Source of the DNA: an uncultured Pelagibacteraceae bacterium
Lineage (GTDB): Bacteria > Pseudomonadota > Alphaproteobacteria > Pelagibacterales > Pelagibacteraceae
DNA: 46,078 nucleotides
Reading direction: 5' to 3'
Assembly (NCBI GenBank): GCA_902525295.1
Contig: CABZGR010000001.1
Span: 1 to 46,078, forward strand
In this document: piece by piece, positions 32,673 through 42,194 of the stretch
Position numbering within the stretch: the first letter of the stretch is position 1
Layout: each line of letters starts with the position of its first letter
Notes under the pieces: model-generated
What the model was told of the DNA's origin: nothing
Database searches by the model: none
The model's input: only the letters and a program-made list of their open reading frames with translations
Position numbers and translations under genes: made by a program

Positions 32673-32693
32673 TATTAAAGGAGATAAATAATA

Positions 32694-34931
32694 ATGAGTG
32701 CGGAATTTCATAAGAGTAAAACATTTAAATCAACAGAATTAAGCAAGTGCCCGTTTACAGGTGCAGGTACACCAGCAAAATTTAGTGCTGGAAGAGGACA
32801 AACAAATAGAGATTTTTGGCCAAATAGTTTGAATTTGAAAATTTTAAGTCAGCACTCGAATTTATCAAATCCAATGGAGAAAAAATTTAATTATTCTAAA
32901 GAATTTAAAAAACTGAATTACAAAGCACTTAAAAAAGATTTAAACAAATTAATGACAGACTCACAAGATTGGTGGCCAGCAGATTACGGCCATTATGGTC
33001 CTTTATTTATTAGATTAGCATGGCACGCAGCAGGTACATACAGAACAGGTGATGGTAGAGGGGGAGCTGGAACAGGTAATCAAAGGTTTGCACCGTTAAA
33101 TGCTTGGCCTGATAATGTTAATTTAGATAAAGCTAGATTGCTTTTGTGGCCAATAAAACAGAAATATGGAAAAAGAATTTCTTGGGCAGACTTATTTATA
33201 CTAGTTGGAAATGTAGCATTAGAGTCAATGGGCTTTAAAACATTCGGTTTTGGAGCGGGGAGAACTGATATCTGGGAACCAGAAGATGATATTTACTGGG
33301 GTTCAGAAAAAGAAATGTTAGGTGTTAAGAGATACAGCGGAAAAAGAGATCTTGAACAACCATTGGGGGCTTCTCACATGGGATTAATTTATGTAAATCC
33401 ACAAGGTCCAGATTTTAATCCAGACCCATTGAAAGCAGCTCATGATATTAGAGAAACATTTGGACGAATGGCAATGAATGATTATGAAACAGTTGCACTA
33501 GTTGCTGGTGGTCATACTTTTGGAAAATCTCATGGTGCTGCCCCTGAATCACATAAAGGACCTGATCCAGAAGCATCAAGAATTCAAGATCAAGCAACTG
33601 GTTGGAATAGTAATTACAAATCAGGAAAAGGTGTACACGCAATAAGTAGTGGTATTGAAGGGGCATGGACACAAACACCAACACAATGGGATATGGGTTA
33701 CTTTGATTGTTTATTTAACCATGAATGGGAATTGATAAAAGGACCTGCTGGAGCATTTCAATGGACTCCAAAAAAAAATGGTCAGAGAATTAAAATGGTT
33801 CCTGATGCTCATGATAAAAGTAAAATGCATCCTCCAATGATGCAAACAACTGATTTATCTTTGAGAATGGATAAAAGTTATGGACCAATTTCAAAACATT
33901 TTTATCAAAATCCAGATGAATTTGCTGATGCATTTGCAAGAGCTTGGTTTAAGCTTACTCATAGAGACATGGGACCAAGAGCATGTTATTTGGGTAGCGA
34001 AGTACCAAAAGAACAATTAATTTGGCAAGATCCTATAGATAAACCAAAATATAAACTTAAATCAAAAGATATAAGAGATTTAAAATCAAAGCTTTCAAAA
34101 TCAAAAATCTCTGTTTCTGATTTAGTTTCTACGGCTTGGGCTTCTGCTTCTACATACAGAGGTTCTGACAAAAGAGGTGGAGCAAACGGAGCAAGAATTA
34201 TGCTTGAGCCTCAAAAAAGTTGGAAAGTCAATAACCCTAAAAAACTTTCAAAGGTTATTAAAGCATTACAAAAAATTAAGATAAAATTTGATACAAATAA
34301 AAAATCAGTCTCAATGGCGGATCTTATTGTATTAGGTGGAAATGTAGGAATAGAGATGGCAGCAAAAAAAGCTGGTCATAAAATTCAGGTACCATTTACT
34401 CCTGGAAGAGGAGATGCAAGACAAGATCAAACAGATGTAAATTCATTTGGATTACTTGAGCCGCAAGCGGATGGTTTTAGAAACTACATGAAAAAAGGCA
34501 AATCTCATGTTTCAGCTGAGGAAAAATTAATTGATAAGGCACAATTAATGGGATTAACGGCACCAGAGATGACAGTACTTGTCGGAGGAATGAGAGTTTT
34601 AGATACAAACTATGACAGTTCTAAAAATGGAGTTTTCACAAAAAAACCTGGAACGCTATCAACAGATTATTTTGTAAATCTTCTCGATATGAGCACTACT
34701 TGGAAAGAAACTGATAAATCTGAGCAATATTTTGTTGGTAAAGATAGAAAGTCAAAAAAAACCAAGTGGAAAGGTTCAAGAGTTGACCTTATTTTTGGCT
34801 CTAATTCTCAATTAAGAGCATTAGCCGAAGTCTATGCCTGCAAAGACTCATCTGACAAATTTGTTAAAGACTTTGTATCTGCATGGGTCAAAGTGATGAA
34901 TGCAGATAGATTTGATTTAAGATTAAACTAG
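32694..34931 (+). CDS. katG: Catalase-peroxidase
   Basis: [56 protein letters not shown]; two-domain 745 aa. Confidence 0.99.
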   Translation: MSAEFHKSKTFKSTELSKCPFTGAGTPAKFSAGRGQTNRDFWPNSLNLKILSQHSNLSNPMEKKFNYSKEFKKLNYKALKKDLNKLMTDSQDWWPADYGHYGPLFIRLAWHAAGTYRTGDGRGGAGTGNQRFAPLNAWPDNVNLDKARLLLWPIKQKYGKRISWADLFILVGNVALESMGFKTFGFGAGRTDIWEPEDDIYWGSEKEMLGVKRYSGKRDLEQPLGASHMGLIYVNPQGPDFNPDPLKAAHDIRETFGRMAMNDYETVALVAGGHTFGKSHGAAPESHKGPDPEASRIQDQATGWNSNYKSGKGVHAISSGIEGAWTQTPTQWDMGYFDCLFNHEWELIKGPAGAFQWTPKKNGQRIKMVPDAHDKSKMHPPMMQTTDLSLRMDKSYGPISKHFYQNPDEFADAFARAWFKLTHRDMGPRACYLGSEVPKEQLIWQDPIDKPKYKLKSKDIRDLKSKLSKSKISVSDLVSTAWASASTYRGSDKRGGANGARIMLEPQKSWKVNNPKKLSKVIKALQKIKIKFDTNKKSVSMADLIVLGGNVGIEMAAKKAGHKIQVPFTPGRGDARQDQTDVNSFGLLEPQADGFRNYMKKGKSHVSAEEKLIDKAQLMGLTAPEMTVLVGGMRVLDTNYDSSKNGVFTKKPGTLSTDYFVNLLDMSTTWKETDKSEQYFVGKDRKSKKTKWKGSRVDLIFGSNSQLRALAEVYACKDSSDKFVKDFVSAWVKVMNADRFDLRLN

Positions 34932-34950
34932 TATTAAGGAAAGCGGAAAA

Positions 34951-35547
34951 ATGACATCACTATCGTTCGAAGACTTTTATAAAGTTCCTGAAATTAAGTT
35001 TGATATAAATAGATTGCGAAATGACTTAAATTTAATTTTAGAGAAAAAGAAATTTAATTCGCCAGGTGTTACTCACTTTGGTGCAATTCCTCTAAATCAA
35101 ATTCCAAATAACAAAGACTCTATAGAAGGGAACAATATCAGAGGTAGATATTGGACTATTGCAGATGAGACAGGCAAAGAAGTCTCAAGAGATATTGATA
35201 TTGATGAATCGAAATATACTCAGTTGATACCAGAGTTCGAGAAAACTTATTTTAAAGAGGTTTATGAAATTCTTAGTAAAAAATTTAAACTAGGAAGAGT
35301 AAGGCTTTTATTAAAAGAGCCAAGATCAACGCTAAGCTGGCACAAAGATCCAGAGTGTAGATTGCATATTCCGATAGTAACTAATGCAGGTTGTTCCATG
35401 GTCATTGAAAATGTTGCAAAACATTTGCCTGCAGATGGACATGTATGGATTACTAACAATACAAAGTATCATAACTTTTTTAATGGAGGAGAACAGGCTA
35501 GAGTTCACTTAGTTGCTTGTGTTCTTGAAAGCCCGTTTAAAGAATAA
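34951..35547 (+). CDS. Fe(II)/2-oxoglutarate oxygenase, aspartyl/asparaginyl beta-hydroxylase-like
   Basis: RVRL...WHKD (HxD), RLHIPIVTN, distal YHNFFNGG...RVHLV. Confidence 0.8.
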   Translation: MTSLSFEDFYKVPEIKFDINRLRNDLNLILEKKKFNSPGVTHFGAIPLNQIPNNKDSIEGNNIRGRYWTIADETGKEVSRDIDIDESKYTQLIPEFEKTYFKEVYEILSKKFKLGRVRLLLKEPRSTLSWHKDPECRLHIPIVTNAGCSMVIENVAKHLPADGHVWITNNTKYHNFFNGGEQARVHLVACVLESPFKE

Positions 35548-35789
35548 TGGAAGTTACCAACGGTATTTTTAAAGCTGCCGGTCAGATTTATTCCAATAAC
35601 AGAGGCTCTATTTTAAGAACAATTGTTTATACGGTTGGTCATTTTGCAATTGCTATAACTGTTTTGATGTTAGTAGCTGATGTATCTTTTATGATAGCTT
35701 TGACCGATGCAATTGTAGAACCAATTGCCAATTCTATTTGGTATTTCATTTTAGATAAGTGGTGGGCAAGTAGATCAAAAAGTAAATAA
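35547..35789 (+). CDS. DUF2061-like small membrane protein
   Basis: RTIVYTVGH...IVEP..NSIWYFILDKWW pattern with two hydrophobic stretches; TAATG coupling to the upstream gene. Confidence 0.7.
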   Translation: MEVTNGIFKAAGQIYSNNRGSILRTIVYTVGHFAIAITVLMLVADVSFMIALTDAIVEPIANSIWYFILDKWWASRSKSK

Positions 35790-35888
35790 TAATCATTATC
35801 AATAAGTATTTGAGAAAAATTTAATAAGGATAATTAGTAGTAATAATAATTATTCGCAAAAAAAATGCGTAAATAATAATTATTCGCA
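35787..35888. promoter_or_regulatory. Three Fur-like 7-1-7 boxes
   Basis: TAATAAT-C-ATTATCA (35787-35801) and TAATAAT-T-ATTCGCA at 35844-35858 and 35874-35888. The last two lie in an exact 18-bp direct repeat with a 30-bp period. Confidence 0.6.
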
Positions 35889-35933
35889 AGGATATTTGTT
35901 GAAAATAATTTTTTCATATTTAATTTTTAATAT

Positions 35934-36113
35934 ATGCAAATAGAAAATTATAATTGTAAAAAATGTGGATTAACAATTTCCTCAACTTGTTCCAAGTGTG
36001 ATAAAATAGTCGATGTTGAAGTCCTTGATGATGGATGCATAGTTCAAAAGACTAAATGTGTTGATTGTGCAAATGCTCCAGTGATCAAAGACGTTTGTGT
36101 CCAACAAAAATAA
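35934..36113 (+). CDS. Cys-rich 59-aa putative metal-binding microprotein (not in ORF track)
   Basis: MQIENYNCKKCGLTISSTCSKCDKIVDVEVLDDGCIVQKTKCVDCANAPVIKDVCVQQK*: 8 Cys, three CxxC; fills an otherwise empty gap. Confidence 0.75.
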   Translation: MQIENYNCKKCGLTISSTCSKCDKIVDVEVLDDGCIVQKTKCVDCANAPVIKDVCVQQK

Positions 36114-36139
36114 TTAGTTAATATATATAACTTAGAGGG

Positions 36140-36592
36140 TTAGTTGATTTTTCCCCAAAGATTTTCTTCGTCAACCCACCCTTTAAAACTTTTAGTTTCT
36201 ACTAAGCACCAATTTCTCTCGCATTTTTTAACTATCAATAATCTTCCTGTTTCTATTTTAGCCAAGGGTTTAGAAAATTTAGTTGGTTTTTTGAATAGAA
36301 TTTTATTTGATACAGTTATAAAGGATTTTGACTGCTTCAATTGAGAAATGTGTATCCACCCACCATTCTTTTTATTGTCAATTATTCTTCTAAAATTTTC
36401 TTTTTTATCAATCACTTTTACAGGCAAGTTTATTTTCTTGTAAATATACTTTATTGGATAATCAAAACTTGGGCCATATCTTACGTTTACCTTATCATTT
36501 TTAAGCATTAAAAATTTTTCATTATTTTCAGAAATGGCATTAGATGTAAAAAATATAATGATTAAAATCTTTAAGATTAATTGCACAAACAA
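36140..36592 (-). CDS. Secreted tandem SH3 (SH3_4)-domain protein
   Basis: Signal peptide; VNVRYGPSFDYPI, GGWIH and C...WC..KGWV repeats. Confidence 0.85.
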   Translation of the reverse strand: MFVQLILKILIIIFFTSNAISENNEKFLMLKNDKVNVRYGPSFDYPIKYIYKKINLPVKVIDKKENFRRIIDNKKNGGWIHISQLKQSKSFITVSNKILFKKPTKFSKPLAKIETGRLLIVKKCERNWCLVETKSFKGWVDEENLWGKIN

Positions 36593-37329
36593 CCTTTTTT
36601 TTTAGTAAATTTTATTTTTCTAAATTCAAGTTTTTTCAGATTAACAATCAGAATTGATGAGTGAAGACTTTTATCTGACGAAATTATGTTTTTTAAAACT
36701 TCATTTGCTTGCATACTCCCAATTATATTTGATGTAGTTCCTAATATTCCTTCACTTTCACAATTTAAAACTTCATCAGAAGGTTCTGACTGGTAAAAAC
36801 ATTTTAAACATGGGCTTGATTTATTATTAAAATCGAATGAAAAAATATGTCCATCAAATTTGCTAATAGCACCAACTATTAGTTTTCTTTTATATTTTAA
36901 TGAAAATTTATTTATTAAAAATTTAGTTTTAAAATTATCTGTTCCATCTACAATTATATCGAAATCTTTTACAATCTTATTTAAATTTTTTTCTGATGCT
37001 TTTTCTTTTAAAATTTTGACTTTTACATCTCTATTAATTAATTTTATTCTTCTTTTAAAGATATCAACCTTAAATTTTCCAACATCTTTTGAAGTATACA
37101 AAATTTGTCTTTGAAGATTTGAAATATCTACTTTATCGTGATCAATAGCACCTATATACCCTACACCGCATCTAGCCAACAAATCTGCGACTGGACTACC
37201 TAATCCACCAATTCCTACAATTAAAACTTTTGAATTAATTATTTTCTTTTGTCCTAATATACCAATATCCTTAAGTATTATTTGTCTAGAGTATCTCTCA
37301 AGCTTTCGTTTAGATAATGAATTTTTCAC
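36577..37329 (-). CDS. moeB: MoeB/ThiF-family adenylyltransferase
   Basis: RYSRQI, GIGGLG, SNLQRQ, DGTDNF, PCLKC. Confidence 0.88.
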   Translation of the reverse strand: MKNSLSKRKLERYSRQIILKDIGILGQKKIINSKVLIVGIGGLGSPVADLLARCGVGYIGAIDHDKVDISNLQRQILYTSKDVGKFKVDIFKRRIKLINRDVKVKILKEKASEKNLNKIVKDFDIIVDGTDNFKTKFLINKFSLKYKRKLIVGAISKFDGHIFSFDFNNKSSPCLKCFYQSEPSDEVLNCESEGILGTTSNIIGSMQANEVLKNIISSDKSLHSSILIVNLKKLEFRKIKFTKKKGCLCN

Positions 37330-37763
37330 TTACCTGTTGATCCAAATCCACCCGAACCTCTAATTGTCTCAGGCAAAGTTTCTACAGTTTCAAAATCTAC
37401 TTTTAGAATTGGCATTAATATCATTTGCGCAATCCTATCATCGTTATTTACTGTAAAGTCTTTATCTCCATGATTAAATAAAATTACTTTTATTTCTCCT
37501 CTATAGTCACTATCAATTGTTCCAGGAGTATTTAATACACTTATATTATTTTTAGCTGCCAAACCTGATCGCGGCCTGATCTGAACTTCGGTATCCTCAG
37601 GTATTGCAATGGATATACCTGTTGGCACTAAAGCGTTTTCGCCTGGTTTAATTACTATTTTCTTTTCAATGAATGCAGTCAAATCTACTCCAGATGAACC
37701 TGTTGTTTTATATTCAGGCAGTTTAACTTTTTCGTCTAATTTTTTAATTAAGACTTTTACCAT
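37326..37763 (-). CDS. dut: dUTP diphosphatase
   Basis: RPRSGLA, GTIDSDYRGE, RIAQ, RGSGGFGSTG. Confidence 0.98.
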   Translation of the reverse strand: MVKVLIKKLDEKVKLPEYKTTGSSGVDLTAFIEKKIVIKPGENALVPTGISIAIPEDTEVQIRPRSGLAAKNNISVLNTPGTIDSDYRGEIKVILFNHGDKDFTVNNDDRIAQMILMPILKVDFETVETLPETIRGSGGFGSTGK

Positions 37764-37767
37764 TAAG

Positions 37768-38967
37768 TTAATTAATCTGTTGAATTACTCTTTTGACTAT
37801 TTCTTCAGCGACCAATGATTTACTCATCTTTTCAAAATTTTCTTCAGGTTTATCTTTGTAAAATATAGAAATTTTATTAAAATCTGATCCAAATCCTATA
37901 GTTTGATCTGAGACATCATTTGCAATTACCCAGTCACAATTTTTTTCATTCAACTTTCTCTTTGCATTTATTGAAACATTGTTTGTTTCTGCTGCAAAAC
38001 CAATTGTTATTTTTGGTCTTAATGAATTATGATTAGATATATGATTTAAAATATCGATATTTTTTTCTAGCTCTAAGTTAAATTCTTCATTCTTTTTAAT
38101 CTTTTTACTTTTATAATTTTTCACTTTAAAATCAGAAACAGCCGCAGAAAAAATAGCTACATCTGTTGGTAGATTATTTAAACTTTCTTTGAACATCTCT
38201 TCAGCTGTTTCAACACTTACAAAATTAACACCATCCAAAGGTTTAATGCTTGTCTTTCCAGAAATAAGTGTCGTATCAAATCCATTGTCTCTAAGACATT
38301 TGGCTATTTCATATCCTTGTTTGCCACTGGATTTATTTGTAATAAATCTTACAGGATCAATATATTCATTAGTTGGTCCTGCAGTAACTAAAGCTTTTAA
38401 TTTTTTATTTTTATCTAAATTAGAAAAATAATTTTTAAGCGTATTGACTATTTCATTTGGTTCTGTCATTTTTCCTTCACCGTATTCACCACATGCCATA
38501 TCTCCTATCTCTGGCCCAACAATTTTGTATCCATAGCTTTTTAATTTTAATATATTTTCTTTAGTAGAAGGATGCTCCCACATTCTTACATTCATTGCCG
38601 GTGCTAAAAATATTTGTTTGTTAGAGGCTAATAAAACAGTAGACGCCAAATCTTCTGCATTTCCTGAGGCTACTTTAGATATGGTATTAGCTGTAATTGG
38701 TGCAACTAATACTGCATCAGCCCATCTTGATAAAGATATATGGTCCATCTCAGCTTCGTTTTCTGCACTAAATATATCGTCATAAACTTTTTCTTGGGAA
38801 AGAGACGAAACAGATAGTGGAGTTACAAATTCTTTTGCATTTTTTGTTAATATAGTTTTTACACGAGCACCATTTTTCTTAAATAATCTTATTAACTCAA
38901 GACTTTTGTAAGCAGAAATTCCACCACATATAATTAACAGTATTTTTTTATTCTCAAAATAATTCAT
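37768..38967 (-). CDS. coaBC: Phosphopantothenoylcysteine decarboxylase/ligase
   Basis: GGISAYK, PAMNVRM, TAGPT.E.IDPVRFITNKSSGKQG, GFAAET. Confidence 0.97.
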   Translation of the reverse strand: MNYFENKKILLIICGGISAYKSLELIRLFKKNGARVKTILTKNAKEFVTPLSVSSLSQEKVYDDIFSAENEAEMDHISLSRWADAVLVAPITANTISKVASGNAEDLASTVLLASNKQIFLAPAMNVRMWEHPSTKENILKLKSYGYKIVGPEIGDMACGEYGEGKMTEPNEIVNTLKNYFSNLDKNKKLKALVTAGPTNEYIDPVRFITNKSSGKQGYEIAKCLRDNGFDTTLISGKTSIKPLDGVNFVSVETAEEMFKESLNNLPTDVAIFSAAVSDFKVKNYKSKKIKKNEEFNLELEKNIDILNHISNHNSLRPKITIGFAAETNNVSINAKRKLNEKNCDWVIANDVSDQTIGFGSDFNKISIFYKDKPEENFEKMSKSLVAEEIVKRVIQQIN

Positions 38968-38975
38968 CGTCGAGA

Positions 38976-40553
38976 TTAAAATACTACTAATCCTAAAATT
39001 ACAAGTAATAATAAACCAATGATTGATTGATTTCTGAAAGCTACCATTTCATTTTTTTTTGTATTTAGATCATTATACGTATTAGTATTTTGTGGAATTT
39101 GTCCACTTGCAAGAAATGTTAATGCTTGGTTTGCTTTATCCATTATTTGCGGCATTTCTGGCAATCTTTTTATAACTTCTGCAGAATTTTTTAGAGTTTC
39201 ATTTAATGTTGTTATAGGATCTTTTGTTTCTTTAAGCCATTTTTCAAGAACAGGTCTTGACGTTTCCCAAATGTTTGTCTCTGGATTTAATCTTCTTGCA
39301 ACACCTTCAACTACTACCATGGTTTTCTGTAGCATGAGCAACTGTGGTTGAGTTTGCATATTAAATTTTTCTGTCACATCAAAAAGTTGTTTGAGTAGTT
39401 TACCGCCAGATATATCTTTAATTGACTGACCAAATATTGGCTCTCCTATTGATCTTAGTGCTTGGGCGAGATCATCAACAGGCACTTCTTTTGGAACTAA
39501 CCCTGCAGCTAAATGAACTTCAGCCACTTTTTTATAATCTCTTTTAATAAATCCATATAAGATCTCAGCAAGAAATTTTTTACTCAAATCATCGAGCCTT
39601 CCCATTATACCAAAATCGATAGGAACTATTTGACCACTATTGTTTATAAAAATGTTACCTTGATGCATATCTGCATGAAAAAAACCGTCTCTTACAGCAT
39701 GTCTTAGAAAATGTTGAATAACATCTGATGCAATTTTTTTGGTGTCTATATTTCTTTTTTCTAACTCTTCTGTTTCTCTTATAGAGACACCTTCAACCCA
39801 GTCTAAAGTCATTACATTTTCACTTGTAAAATTCCAATAAATTCTAGGAACTTGAAATCCATTGTCATTCTTAGTGTTTTCAGAATACTCATTAGCTGCA
39901 GCGGCTTCAAATCTTAAATCCATTTCTAAATTGGTTATTTCTTTTAGCAAATAAACAACCTCAACTAATTTAAGTCTTTTTGTCTTTTTGTTAATTGACT
40001 CAGTTAAAAAAGCAAAAAGCATCAAAGCATCAATTTCTTCGTTGAATATTTTTTTTATATTTGGTCGTAAAATTTTTATAGCCACGTCTTTAATTGTGCC
40101 ATTATCATTTATTTGCGCTTTATGAACCTGAGCTATAGATGCTGCTGCCACTGGTTCAGATAAATTTATAATTGAATTAAAATTATCTTCCCCTAGATCC
40201 TTTTTGATTATTTCTTTAGCTTTAGATAATTCAAAGGGAGGCAAACGATCTTGTAAACTCTCTAGTTGCTTAGATAACTTTTCTCCAATTATATCTGGTC
40301 TCGTTGCTAGAAATTGACCTAATTTAATGAATGTTGTACCCATAGATTGCAAGGAGTTTGATAATCTTTCACCTTCGGTTTCACTTATTAAAGAATTATC
40401 TTTTTTTGAAAATGATAAAGACAACAAATAGAATAAAATTTTTATTCCAATCGGTGGATTATGAAACTTTGTGAATATACTTAAAGCGTCAGATTTTGCT
40501 AATTTCCTTCCAAGCTTTAAAAGTATGTATAATTTTTTAATCATATTTTCCAA
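38976..40553 (-). CDS. ubiB: Ubiquinone biosynthesis kinase-like protein UbiB
   Basis: IKLGQFLATRPD, AAASIAQVH, FFHADMHQGN, DFGIMG. Confidence 0.96.
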   Translation of the reverse strand: MENMIKKLYILLKLGRKLAKSDALSIFTKFHNPPIGIKILFYLLSLSFSKKDNSLISETEGERLSNSLQSMGTTFIKLGQFLATRPDIIGEKLSKQLESLQDRLPPFELSKAKEIIKKDLGEDNFNSIINLSEPVAAASIAQVHKAQINDNGTIKDVAIKILRPNIKKIFNEEIDALMLFAFLTESINKKTKRLKLVEVVYLLKEITNLEMDLRFEAAAANEYSENTKNDNGFQVPRIYWNFTSENVMTLDWVEGVSIRETEELEKRNIDTKKIASDVIQHFLRHAVRDGFFHADMHQGNIFINNSGQIVPIDFGIMGRLDDLSKKFLAEILYGFIKRDYKKVAEVHLAAGLVPKEVPVDDLAQALRSIGEPIFGQSIKDISGGKLLKQLFDVTEKFNMQTQPQLLMLQKTMVVVEGVARRLNPETNIWETSRPVLEKWLKETKDPITTLNETLKNSAEVIKRLPEMPQIMDKANQALTFLASGQIPQNTNTYNDLNTKKNEMVAFRNQSIIGLLLLVILGLVVF

Positions 40554-41248
40554 CCTGAATGAATAGCTACTATTCCACCAGAATAGTTTCTATACTCACA
40601 TTTAATAAAATTATTTTTCTCCATTAAACCCTTTAATTCTTCTTGATTAACAAATTCTTGGATACTTTTTATTAGATATTCATAAGGCTCTTTTTCACCA
40701 ACCACAAATTTTCCTATTTCTGGAATTAATTTAGAGTATCTTTTATAGACTAAATCTAAGTTTAAATTTTGAATTTTTGAAAATTCTAAACAAAAAAATC
40801 TTCCTCCTGACTTTAAAACTCTGTACGCTTCACTTAAGGATTTATTAATATTTTTTGTATTTCTTAAACCAAAACTGATTGTGTAATAATCACATGAATT
40901 AGATTTTAAAGGCAATTTCTCTGCCGACCCCTTAATCCACTTGATATTTTTGTAATTTGATAGTCTGTTTTTCCCCTTTCTCATCATTGCTTCATTCGGA
41001 TCAATACAAAATAATTCTATATTTTTATTTGAACTATTATCGATAAAAAGTTTTGCTATATCACCTGTGCCACATGCAACATCTGCTAGAATTTTATTTT
41101 TACCTGGGTTCATCCAATTTATTAAATTTCTTTTCCAGATTCTATGAACTCCAAGTGACATTAAATCATTCATGATGTCGTATTTATCATAAACTTTATC
41201 AAACACACCTTGGACTAGACCTTTTTTATTTTGAAGATATTGTTGCAT
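40541..41248 (-). CDS. ubiE: Ubiquinone/menaquinone C-methyltransferase
   Basis: YDIMNDLMSLGVHRIWK, DVACGTGD, ISFGLRN, RVLKSGG, CLEFS. Confidence 0.96.
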   Translation of the reverse strand: MQQYLQNKKGLVQGVFDKVYDKYDIMNDLMSLGVHRIWKRNLINWMNPGKNKILADVACGTGDIAKLFIDNSSNKNIELFCIDPNEAMMRKGKNRLSNYKNIKWIKGSAEKLPLKSNSCDYYTISFGLRNTKNINKSLSEAYRVLKSGGRFFCLEFSKIQNLNLDLVYKRYSKLIPEIGKFVVGEKEPYEYLIKSIQEFVNQEELKGLMEKNNFIKCEYRNYSGGIVAIHSGWKI

Positions 41249-41280
41249 AAAATAAATAATATTAATTAATATAATAATAA

Positions 41281-42144
41281 ATGCCAGAATTGCCAGAAGT
41301 AGAAGTTGTTAAAGAGTCACTAAGTAGAACAATAACAGGAAAAAAAATAAAAAAAGTAAGTATTAAGAATAGGAATTTAAGGTACAAAATAAAAAAAGGT
41401 TTTGAAACAAGACTTCAATCAAAATCAATAAAAAAAGTTAATAGGTTTTCAAAATATATCATACTAGTTTTAAATGATGAAAAATTTTGCTTAATTCATC
41501 TTGGAATGTCTGGCACTATACATCTCTTAAGAAAAAATATTTTAAATCAAAAAACAAATGCAAGTTTTTATCATAGCCCCTATTTACCAAAAAAACATAA
41601 CCATGTGTTTTTGGAATTTGATAACATAAAAATTATATATAATGATCCCAGAAGATTTGGTTATTTCAAATTATTTGAAAATAAGAATAATTTAGAAAAT
41701 TTTATAAATAACTATGGTCCTGAGCCTTTTTCTTCAAAATTTAATCTCAACTACTTAAAAAAATATTTTTACAAAAAGAAAAAGAATATAAAAAATTTTC
41801 TCTTAGATCAAAAGTTTGTTTCGGGTTTGGGAAATATTTATGCGAGTGAAATTTTATTCAGCTCTAAAATAAATCCGAAAAAAAAAGCAAAATCTTTAAG
41901 TGAAAACGATTGTATTAATATTATTAAATATTCAAGAAAAATTTTAAATTTAGCGATAAAAAAAGGAGGGTCTAGTATTAGAGATTTTAAAAATATAGTT
42001 GGTAAAAATGGATCTTTTCAAGATAACTTTAAAGTATACAACAGAGAAAATAAGAGTTGTCTTTCACCAGGATGCAAAGGGACAATAAAAAAAAAATTTA
42101 TCACTAATAGATCAACATTTTTTTGTAATATTTGTCAAAAATAA
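41281..42144 (+). CDS. mutM: Formamidopyrimidine-DNA glycosylase
   Basis: MPELPEVE, HLGMSG, DPRRFG, GLGNIYASE, C-terminal zinc finger. Confidence 0.98.
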   Translation: MPELPEVEVVKESLSRTITGKKIKKVSIKNRNLRYKIKKGFETRLQSKSIKKVNRFSKYIILVLNDEKFCLIHLGMSGTIHLLRKNILNQKTNASFYHSPYLPKKHNHVFLEFDNIKIIYNDPRRFGYFKLFENKNNLENFINNYGPEPFSSKFNLNYLKKYFYKKKKNIKNFLLDQKFVSGLGNIYASEILFSSKINPKKKAKSLSENDCINIIKYSRKILNLAIKKGGSSIRDFKNIVGKNGSFQDNFKVYNRENKSCLSPGCKGTIKKKFITNRSTFFCNICQK

Positions 42145-42156
42145 AAAATTATTATA

Positions 42157-42185
42157 TTGACCGTATAAATTTCTCGTTATATACA
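42157..42185 (+). promoter_or_regulatory. Putative sigma70 promoter of rpsT
   Basis: TTGACC (42157-42162), N17, TATACA (42180-42185). Confidence 0.55.
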
Positions 42186-42194
42186 ATCGCGCTT

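Noticed and set aside
35842-35889. 18-bp direct repeat as a mini-CRISPR or att site
   Set aside because: Only two copies with a 12-bp spacer, and no cas gene, integrase or tRNA nearby; operator-like symmetry fits better.
32588-36139. The katG islet as a classical mobile element
   Set aside because: No integrase, transposase or flanking repeats, and composition looks host-like; any acquisition would be by recombination or ancient.
42132-42194. 21-aa N-terminal extension of S20 in the ORF track
   Set aside because: The canonical MANTKSA start is at 42195 and the extension covers the putative promoter.
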